Positions 10,241 to 17,649 of a DNA stretch of 32,000 nucleotides are shown here, one piece after another. The notes beneath the pieces were generated by a model that made no database searches, was not told where the DNA came from, and saw only the letters and a program-made list of their open reading frames with translations. How positions within the stretch are numbered: the stretch's first letter is position 1; each line of letters starts with the position of its first letter. The DNA lies in assembly GCA_965229705.1 (NCBI GenBank), contig OZ245922.1:974763-1006762 (forward strand), in the 5' to 3' direction. This DNA is from Candidatus Saccharimonadota bacterium (GTDB lineage Bacteria; Patescibacteriota; Gracilibacteria; BD1-5; UBA6164). The translations under genes were made by a program, and so were the position numbers.

Positions 10241-11746
10241 ATGTCACAAGATGTATTACAGTCAATTATCTCTGAAATAGAGGCAAAGATAGATTCTACT
10301 GATTTTTCTCCTGAGATTGAAAATGTTGGAGAAGTTTTTTATCTCTGAGATGGAGTTGCAAAAGTATCAGGACTAAGAGGAGCAAAATACAATGAAGTCT
10401 TGGAGTTTGATTCTGGAGCAACAGGAGTAGCTCTCAATCTTGAGGATCACTTTGTTGGTGTAGTGATTCTCTCGGGTTTTGCTAGTGTAAAAGAGGGAGA
10501 AAAAGTTACTTCTACCGGGAAAACACTTGAGGTACCAGTTGGAAAGGAGATGATAGGAAGAGTTGTTGATGCTCTTGGAAGACCGATCGATGGACTTTGA
10601 GAGATAGCTACAAAGGAGCATTATCCAGTAGAGAGAACCGCAGAATGAGTAATGGCTCGTAAGTCGGTTCATGAACCTATGGAGACAGGTATCAAGGCGG
10701 TTGATGCGCTCGTACCTATTGGACGAGGACAGCGTGAACTTATTATTGGTGATAGGCAAACAGGAAAAACACAGGTAGCAATAGATACGATTCTCAACCA
10801 AAAAGGTCAAAATATGATGTGTGTGTATGTTGCTATTGGTCAAAAAGAAGGAAAAGTATCACGAACAGTAGAAGAACTCCGAAAGAGAGGGGCTATGGAC
10901 TACACTATTGTTGTTTCAGCAGGGGCTTCAGAACCAGCAGCAATGCAGTATCTTGCTCCATATACAGGGTGTGCTATGGCTGAGTACTTTATGTACAACA
11001 GTCAGCACGCACTTATTATTTATGATGATCTCTCAAAACAGGCAACGGCGTATCGTGAAATGTCTCTCCTCCTCAGAAGACCACCAGGACGAGAGGCGTA
11101 TCCGGGAGATGTATTTTTTCTTCACTCACGACTTTTGGAAAGAGCTGCCAAACTCTCAGATGAAAAAGGTGCTGGATCTATGACAGCGCTTCCGATTATT
11201 GAAACGCAAGCAGGTGATGTATCTGCTTATATCCCGACGAATGTGATTTCTATTACTGATGGGCAGATATTTCTCGACTCAAACCTCTTTAACTCAGGAC
11301 AAAAACCAGCGATATCAGTAGGTCTTTCAGTTTCACGAGTTGGATGATCAGCGCAGATGAAAGCCATGAAAAAAAATTCTGGAACACTCAAACTTGATCT
11401 TGCTCAGTATCGTGAACTTGCAGCATTTTCACAATTTGCTTCTGATCTTGATGAGGCAACGAGAGCCCAGCTAGACAGAGGAGCTCGTATGATGGAACTT
11501 CTCAAACAAGGGCTTAATGCTCCAGTACCAGTACCAAAACAGGTATGTGCACTCTATGCGGGAGGAAAAGGATATCTTGATGGTATTTCAGTAGAAAAGG
11601 TTTTGAAATTTGAAGAAGATTTACACGCTGCTCTTGATCAGGATAAGAAAGTACTTGAGACGCTTGCAAATGAGAAAAATCTCTCAGAAAATACAGAAAA
11701 AGATCTGGTAAAGATCATAGAAAAAGTAGTTGAGTTACATAAGTAA
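10241..11746 (+). CDS. atpA: F-type ATP synthase F1 subunit alpha, 501 aa
   Basis: ATG 10241. ORFs 10400..10600, 10652..11347 and 11357..11746 are in one frame, joined by TGAs at conserved Gly positions (RPIDGL[G]E, AE[G]V, SRVG[G]SAQ). Walker A is GDRQTGKT; also [41 protein letters not shown]. Confidence 0.97.
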
Positions 11747-11751
11747 AAAAC

Positions 11752-11883
11752 ATGTTCAATTCTGAAAAAGGAATCGTTGATTTTGACATAGATGGTAATG
11801 TTGTAGAGATAGAAATGTTTTGAGTAAAGAAGACTTTTGCGAAAAATAATATTTTTCTTGATCAAAAAGAATTAATAGCATAA
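11752..11883 (+). CDS. Short ORF (43 aa) resembling the C-terminal half of a DUF2283 (YuzE-like) protein; possibly a gene remnant
   Basis: It reads MFNSEKGIVDFDIDGNVVEIEMF[G]VKKTFAKNNIFLDQKELIA*. The block G-I-V-D-F-D-x-D-G-N-V-V-x-I-E resembles the DUF2283 core (vvvDfDe.G.vvGIEil). It starts 5 nt after the atpA stop. The resemblance is recalled from memory, not searched. Confidence 0.3.
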
Positions 11884-11890
11884 ATGTAAA

Positions 11891-11946
11891 CTTTTTACTT
11901 TTATCTTTTAACCTTAGACTTTCCACTTTAAACTTTCCACTATTGA
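11891..11946 (+). repeat. Array R1: four tandem 14-bp units (consensus CTTTyyACTTTAAA)
   Basis: The units are ctttttacttttat | cttttaaccttaga | ctttccactttaaa | ctttccactattga. The last unit overlaps the -35 of the cassette-1 promoter. Confidence 0.8.
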
Positions 11947-11969
11947 GAAATACAAAAAAAATATATAAT
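11943..11969 (+). promoter_or_regulatory. Candidate promoter of TA cassette 1
   Basis: TTGAGA (11943-11948), a 15-nt spacer, then TATAAT (11964-11969), with the antitoxin ATG 27 nt downstream. The whole block 11932-11999 recurs almost identically at 12472-12539. Confidence 0.5.
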
Positions 11970-11995
11970 AGAGGCAGTATTTTCTAAAAAAAATT

Positions 11996-12193
11996 ATGGC
12001 AACAATACAAGTTGAGTTACCTGAACAAGTACAAGATACATTTAAAATATCAGAAGAGCCAATAACAACAGAAGACTTTCTGACTCGTCTTGAACAAGCA
12101 GAAGAAGACATGTGGATTGATATAGAGTTAGATGAACCAATATCTATGCAAGAATTTTCCAGGATGCTAAAAAAAGATATTTATGGTTCCTAA
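11996..12193 (+). CDS. Putative antitoxin of TA cassette 1, 65 aa, acidic
   Basis: It reads MATIQVELPEQVQDTFKISEEPITTEDFLTRLEQAEEDMWIDIELDEPISMQEFSRMLKKDIYGS*. The N-terminus (xIxVxLPExV) is reminiscent of a ribbon-helix-helix beta-strand. The 3' end overlaps the toxin start by 11 nt. It is paralogous to ORF 12536..12730, sharing W-x-D-(I/V)-x-(L/F)-DEP-(I/V)-x-x-x-EFS-x-x-LKK-x-I-x-G. Confidence 0.6.
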   Translation: MATIQVELPEQVQDTFKISEEPITTEDFLTRLEQAEEDMWIDIELDEPISMQEFSRMLKKDIYGS

Positions 12194-12422
12194 ATGGCTG
12201 AAAATTATTCAAAAATCACCATATGAATCTCAACTACAAAAAGTTTCTGAGAATATCGTTTTAGGGGATTTTCGATGATTAGATATTAAGAAGATACGAT
12301 GAAAGTTTTGAATATATAGGTGTAGAGTGTGAGACTATAGAATTATTTTTGAGGAGAGAGTAAATGGTGAATACAAAATTCTCCACATAGGAGGAAGAGG
12401 AGATATTTACAAAAATATATAG
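12183..12422 (+). CDS. RelE/ParE-family type II toxin, 79 aa
   Basis: Missing from the standard-code track because it has four in-frame TGAs. It reads MVPKWLKIIQKSPYESQLQKVSENIVLGDFR[G]LDIKKIR[G]KF[G]IYRCRV[G]DYRIIFEERVNGEYKILHIGGRGDIYKNI*. The YR-x-RVGDYRII(F/Y)...I..I..RgdiYk signature is the RelE/ParE hallmark, and its invariant Gly is a TGA. Confidence 0.8.
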
Positions 12423-12426
12423 TATA

Positions 12427-12485
12427 CTTTCCACTTTAAACTTTCTACTTTAAACATCTTTTAACTTTTCGCTTTCCACTATTGA
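12427..12485 (+). repeat. Array R2: four 14-bp units with a 3-nt hiccup
   Basis: The units are ctttccactttaaa | ctttctactttaaa | (cat) cttttaacttttcg | ctttccactattga. The last unit again overlaps the -35. Confidence 0.8.
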
Positions 12486-12508
12486 GAAATACAAAAAAAG
12501 TATATAAT
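12482..12508 (+). promoter_or_regulatory. Candidate promoter of TA cassette 2
   Basis: TTGAGA (12482-12487), a 15-nt spacer, then TATAAT (12503-12508). The geometry matches cassette 1. Confidence 0.5.
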
Positions 12509-12535
12509 AGAGACAGTATTTTCTAAAAAGAAATT

Positions 12536-12730
12536 ATGGTTGTAATGGAGGTAGAGGTTCCACAAAAAATAGCAGAATCGTTTTTTGAATCAAAACAAAG
12601 AATTAGCTATGCTGACTTGAGGAAAAAAGAACAAGAAATCGAGGCGACAGAGTGGACGGACGTTATGTTTGATGAGCCTGTCCCTATAGAAGAATTTAGT
12701 GTCTACCTCAAAAAACAAATACATGGTTAA
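12536..12730 (+). CDS. Putative antitoxin of TA cassette 2, 64 aa
   Basis: It reads MVVMEVEVPQKIAESFFESKQRISYADLRKKEQEIEATEWTDVMFDEPVPIEEFSVYLKKQIHG*. It is a paralogue of 11996..12193 and overlaps the downstream toxin ATG (12723) in the same way. Confidence 0.6.
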   Translation: MVVMEVEVPQKIAESFFESKQRISYADLRKKEQEIEATEWTDVMFDEPVPIEEFSVYLKKQIHG

Positions 12731-12960
12731 AAAATGGCAGAAAACGATAAAAAAAGCTCCGAATAAAGAAAAAATTAATGAAGTAATTGATAAGATATTT
12801 AGTACAAGATTTTCAGGAATTAGATATCGATATACTTCATGGAAAAGAAAAGCACTTTCGTTGTAGAATATGAGATTTTAGAATCATATTTTCCAAGAAA
12901 AATGGAAAAATAGAGATAGAGGGAGCCGGACATAGATGAGATGTTTACAAAAATATATAG
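12723..12960 (+). pseudogene. RelE/ParE-family toxin copy 2, disrupted by an apparent +1 frameshift in a T-run near 12798-12800
   Basis: The N-terminal frame (ATG 12723) reads MVKKWQKTIKKAPNKEKINEVIDKI, colinear with toxin 1, but runs to TAG at 12864. The +1 frame from about 12799 reads LVQDFQELDIDILHGKEKHFRCRI[G]DFRIIFSKKNGKIEIEGAGHR[G]DVYKNI*, ending at 12960. Deleting one T from ATATTTAG restores a full-length RelE-like ORF colinear with toxin 1. Confidence 0.65.
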
Positions 12961-12964
12961 TATA

Positions 12965-13048
12965 CTTTTAACCTTAGACTTTCCACTTTAAACTTTTAAC
13001 TTGTAACTTTAAGCTTTAAACTTTTAACTTATAACTTGTAACTTCCCG
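12965..13048 (+). repeat. Array R3: six tandem 14-bp units ending at the atpG start codon
   Basis: The units are cttttaaccttaga | ctttccactttaaa | cttttaacttgtaa | ctttaagctttaaa | cttttaacttataa | cttgtaacttcccG, and the final G is the first base of the atpG GTG. The first 32 nt (12965-12996) are identical to 11905-11936 in R1. Confidence 0.85.
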
Positions 13049-13953
13049 TGGCAAACGCAAAAGAAATAGGACGAAAAATTTGAAGTATTAAAAATACCTC
13101 AAAAATCACCAAAGCAATGGAACTCATCTCAACAGTGAAGATGAAGAAAGCTCAAGACCTTGCAATGCAAAAAAAAGACTTTGTGATAGAAATGCTGAAA
13201 GTATTTTCTCGTATTGAAGGTTTTTTAGAAGATTTTTCATATTTTCAAAAATATGAGAGTCAGAAAACTCTGGGGATCATTATCACTTCAAATAAAGGTT
13301 TATGTGGAGGGTATAATGTAAATGTTTTAAAAAAAGTACATGAGTACACAAAACAAAATCCAGATGAAGATATGGACTATATCAGTCTTGGGAAAAAAGC
13401 AGCAGCCTTTGTAACTCGAACAGGAAATACGCTTCATGCAGATTTTTCTCCAGAGTATACAGATAATATTGATACACGCTTTGTAAAATCTCTCACGCAG
13501 ACTATGTATGATGCCTATCTTTCTGGAAAATATGGGAAGGTTGTAGTGTTTTATAACTACTATGTCAACTCTATTAAACAAATTCCGGTTGCCCGAGAGT
13601 TTCTTCCTATTGATGCTCAGGGAGTACGAAACTATCTTGAGAGCATTATTGATGACGAAAAGGTTCTTGAAGATATAGGAAGCGAGACTATAGATTATAT
13701 TATAGAACCAAGCTCAGAGTCTATTGCTGATGATCTTATACCAATGATTCTTGATATGATGTTTTATGATATTTTACTTCAGGCAAAAGCCTCAGAACAC
13801 TCAGCAAGAATGGTTGCGATGAAAGCAGCAAAAGACAATTCTCAAAAAATTGCGGATATGCTCACACTGCAGTTTAATAAAGCCCGCCAAGGACTCATTA
13901 CTAGAGAAGTATCTGAGATAGTCGCAGGTGTTGAATCTCTCAAGGATACCTAA
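13048..13953 (+). CDS. atpG: F-type ATP synthase F1 subunit gamma, 301 aa, GTG start
   Basis: Starting at GTG 13048 the N-terminus reads (M)ANAKEIGRKI[G]SIKNTSKITKAMELISTVKMKKAQ, the canonical gamma N-terminus. The C-terminus reads ...ARQGLITREVSEIVAGVESL. ORF 13117..13953 is the part downstream of the TGA. Confidence 0.93.
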
Positions 13954-14022
13954 CAATTCTTGAGAGAAGTATTTGAAAAACACGATACAAGAAAGATTTT
14001 ATTTTTTTACACATATCTTCGT

Positions 14023-14475
14023 ATGAAATATATAAGCATAGCTCTCAAGATGATGATAAATATCGCGTTATATTGTATATATGTGATTTGTATTTCTTTT
14101 GTTTTTTCTTTCTTTTTCCCTCTAGCACTCAGACTTATGGGAAAAAATATTCCACACTACGCAGATCCAGTTTTTGTCAAAATCCAAGTATTTATTGCAG
14201 CTCTTGTACTCCTATTGTCCCTTATTTTTCGTAAATATCTCTACACTTCCTGTAAGGATAAAAAATATCTTTCTGCAAAAAATCAGAAATCTAGTAGTAA
14301 TCCAACAACTACTCAAGCTCATAATCATCAAAAAACAGTGAAAAAAACGGTAAAAACACCAGCAAAGAAAACTCCTGCAAAAGCAAAAAAACCAGTAAAG
14401 AAAAGAGCAAGTTCTCAGGCAAAAACAAAAAAAGAAGATGATATGAAAATATATGTAGAAAAAGAAATAAAATAA
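14023..14475 (+). CDS. Hypothetical membrane protein with a Lys/Pro/Ala-rich basic tail, 150 aa
   Basis: ATG 14023 lies within ORF 13960..14475. There are two predicted TM helices (INIALYCIYVICISFVFSFFF and VFIAALVLLLSLIF). The tail reads KTVKKTVKTPAKKTPAKAKKPVKKRASSQAKTKKEDD, resembling a histone-H1-like AKP repeat. I recognise no family. Confidence 0.5.
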   Translation: MKYISIALKMMINIALYCIYVICISFVFSFFFPLALRLMGKNIPHYADPVFVKIQVFIAALVLLLSLIFRKYLYTSCKDKKYLSAKNQKSSSNPTTTQAHNHQKTVKKTVKTPAKKTPAKAKKPVKKRASSQAKTKKEDDMKIYVEKEIK

Positions 14476-14558
14476 TTTCGGGATTTATTCAAATCCTCAA
14501 GTAAAAGAATTATTCTTTTGTTTGATCTTTTGAATAAATACACATACAAAAAGGAATA

Positions 14559-14607
14559 TCGAGACCGGTCTCGAGTTCCAAATATTTAGTAACAGGAGAC
14601 CGGTCTC
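14559..14607. promoter_or_regulatory. Pair of GC-rich perfect palindromes sharing the core GAGACCGGTCTC; candidate operator or RNA structure upstream of rnhA
   Basis: TCGAGACCGGTCTCGA (14559-14574, a 16-bp perfect palindrome) and GAGACCGGTCTC (14596-14607) have centres 35 bp apart. They lie 13-61 nt upstream of the rnhA ATG in otherwise AT-rich DNA. Confidence 0.4.
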
Positions 14608-14619
14608 TCTCAAGAAAAG

Positions 14620-15018
14620 ATGTTACTACGAGTATATACAGATTGAGGATCTAGAGGGAACCCATGAGTGGCAGGCCTAGGAGTGTATATAGTGGACAAA
14701 GAGGGAACACCTCTTGAGAGACGCTATAAGTATCTCGGAACGACGACCAATAATATCGCCGAGTATACAGGGGCATTCTATGGAATAAAAAGAGCTCTTG
14801 AGCTCTGAGCTACACAGATAGAACTCTATATGGATTCAAAACTGGTTATATCGCAACTCAAGGGAGAGTGGAAGGTAAAAGACGCTGAGCTCAAAAAAAT
14901 TTATTTAGAGATTCTCCAGTTAGTATGAGACAGAGATGTGAGCTATAACTGGATCCCAAGAGAGCAAAATACTGAGGCAGATGCACTCAGTAATAAAGCT
15001 ATGGACGAAAAGATCTAA
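14620..15018 (+). CDS. rnhA: Ribonuclease HI (type 1 RNase H, short archaeal/actinobacterial-like form), 132 aa
   Basis: Absent from the standard-code track because it has four in-frame TGAs. It reads MLLRVYTD[G]GSRGNP[G]VAGLGVYIV...TNNIAEYTGAFYGIKRALEL[G]ATQIELYMDSKLVISQL...WIPREQNTEADALSNKAM. The D-E-D-D catalytic positions are present (YTDGG, AEY, MDS, EAD). Confidence 0.8.
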
Positions 15019-15045
15019 AAATAATTATTAAACATATTTTATCCT

Positions 15046-16437
<1,392 letters not shown>

Positions 16438-16448
16438 TAATAAACACT

Positions 16449-16880
16449 ATGAAACTTAGCGTATTGTCATTTTCAGGAGAAAACTTTTTTCATGAAAATA
16501 TTCTCTCTGTGACACTCATGACAAAGTCATGAGAAATAACCATTCTCGATAATCATGCTCCAATGATTGCATTGATTGAACCTTGTGTTCTTTATACGAA
16601 ATATAAAGATGAAAATGGTATTGAGCAAAGGGATGATTTTGCAATAGGAACGGGTGTAGTCGAGATACATAATTCGAGCGTAAAAATCATGTCAGATATG
16701 CTTATTGATGTGGAAGAGGTAGATCTTGATCAGGCGCAACTTGCAAAAGAGAGAGCTCTAGAACTTATGGAGAAATACAAGCACAGAAAAGATAGGGTTG
16801 ATATGGAAAAGTTTATTGAGGCTGAGGATCAGCTCCTCAAATCTATAGCGCAGCTCAAGCTCTATGATCTGAAAAAATAG
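16449..16880 (+). CDS. atpC: F-type ATP synthase F1 subunit epsilon, 143 aa
   Basis: ATG 16449 follows atpD. It reads MKLSVLSFSGENFFHENILSVTLMTKS[G]EITILDNHAPMIALIEP, the epsilon beta-sandwich motif (G..gIl..HaP.i..L), followed by a helical C-terminal domain. Confidence 0.9.
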
Positions 16881-16885
16881 ATAGT

Positions 16886-16916
16886 AAAAGACATTGAAAA
16901 TTCTTCAATGCCTTTT
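16886..16916 (+). terminator. Probable terminator of the atp operon
   Basis: AAAAGACATTGAA-aattc-TTCAATGCCTTTT. The core stem CATTGAA/TTCAATG is 7 bp and is extended by a G-C pair and A-T pairs. The T-run is partly within the stem. Confidence 0.5.
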
Positions 16917-16961
16917 ACGGGTAAGACATAGTAGAGAATTTATATTTTTCATATCTCCTTA

Positions 16962-17062
16962 AGGAAACTCTGAGAAACAAAAAATTTCTAATCCTCTCTG
17001 GCTCTAACGAGCCATCTCTCCTTTGAAAAAGGAGAGGAAAAAGGACTTTCTCAGAGATTCCT
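16962..17062. other. Nested inverted-repeat element of ~100 nt (possible structured RNA or miniature repeat element)
   Basis: The outer arms are AGGAAACTCTGAGAAA (16962-16977) and TTTCTCAGAGATTCCT (17047-17062), complementary at 15 of 16 positions. They enclose two hairpins: GGCTC-taac-GAGCC (17000-17013) and CTCTCCTT-tgaaa-AAGGAGAG (17016-17036). Confidence 0.4.
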
Positions 17063-17090
17063 AAAAAAATATTTTTTCACTCCTTAATAT

Positions 17091-17618
17091 ATGGAAATAC
17101 TGATACCAGTATGTGTATTTCTCTTCTTACTGAGTATTCTTATTCCAGCGCTTTCTCTGGCTCCTTGGGTTCCTACTCGCATGCTGGATATAGAAAGACT
17201 CTTGAAACTTATACATCTCAAAGCTGGAGATACATTCCTCGAAATTGGATCTGGAGACGGAAGAGTGTCCCTTATACTTGCAAAACATTTTCCTCATTCG
17301 CATATTAGGGGAGTAGAGTTTGCTTTTCCGTTCTATTTCCTATGATATATGAGGGCGTATATATATGGGAAACCTACAAATCTTTCTCTCGTTTTTTGAA
17401 ATGCTTTTTGTGAAGATTTTTCAAAATATGACGGGATATATGTGTATGGAATGCCAGAGCAGATGCAGTCAAAAATTGTACCAAAGTTTCTTGCAGAAGC
17501 CAAAAAATGAGCAAAACTTTATTCATATATATTTTCTATTCCCAAAGAATACTCTGAAAGTGTGGTATCTCATGGAGGAGAAAATCAGCCGAAGATACAT
17601 GTACTCGAAAAAAAATAA
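17091..17618 (+). CDS. Class I SAM-dependent methyltransferase with an N-terminal membrane anchor, 175 aa
   Basis: ORF 17091..17345 extends through three TGAs to TAA 17616-17618. An N-terminal TM segment (ILIPVCVFLFLLSILIPALSLA) is followed by motif I, FLEIGSGDGRVSLILA. Confidence 0.65.
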
Positions 17619-17649
17619 TACTCTTTTTTAGCTCCTAAAATATGTAAGC

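Noticed and set aside
10373-10843. A 156-aa ORF lies on the minus strand inside atpA. The same applies to 15537..16016(-), 159 aa inside atpD, and 15039..15365(-).
   Set aside because: These are antisense shadow ORFs opposite very strongly supported F1 genes. Their low-complexity composition shows no recognisable motifs.
11891-13048. The repeat arrays could be taken for a CRISPR array.
   Set aside because: The units are 14 bp and directly abutting, with no spacers. The ~540-bp periodicity comes from protein-coding TA cassettes. No cas genes are present.
13960-14022. The hypothetical membrane protein ORF has an upstream TTG-initiated extension (MREVFEKHDTRKILFFYTYLR...).
   Set aside because: The extension starts 7 nt after the atpG stop with a TTG and has no membrane or other signal. 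ATG 14023 immediately precedes the first hydrophobic helix. The longer form cannot be excluded.
14559-14607. The GAGACC/GGTCTC (BsaI-type) sites in head-to-head pairs could be a cloning or synthetic-DNA artefact.
   Set aside because: The flanking sequence is continuous native-looking operon DNA with the same codon usage and TGA-Gly recoding. GC-rich palindromes also occur in the terminators elsewhere in the window. A natural operator or RNA structure is more parsimonious.
16962-17062. The nested inverted repeat could be a tRNA or another known housekeeping RNA.
   Set aside because: It has no cloverleaf geometry, no T-loop (GTTCRANYC) or D-loop motifs, and no SRP, tmRNA or RNase P signature sequences that I could recognise by eye.
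17619-17649. A glmS ribozyme might have been expected upstream of glmS.
   Set aside because: Only about 31 nt separate the methyltransferase stop from the glmS ATG, which is far too short for the ~170-nt ribozyme.
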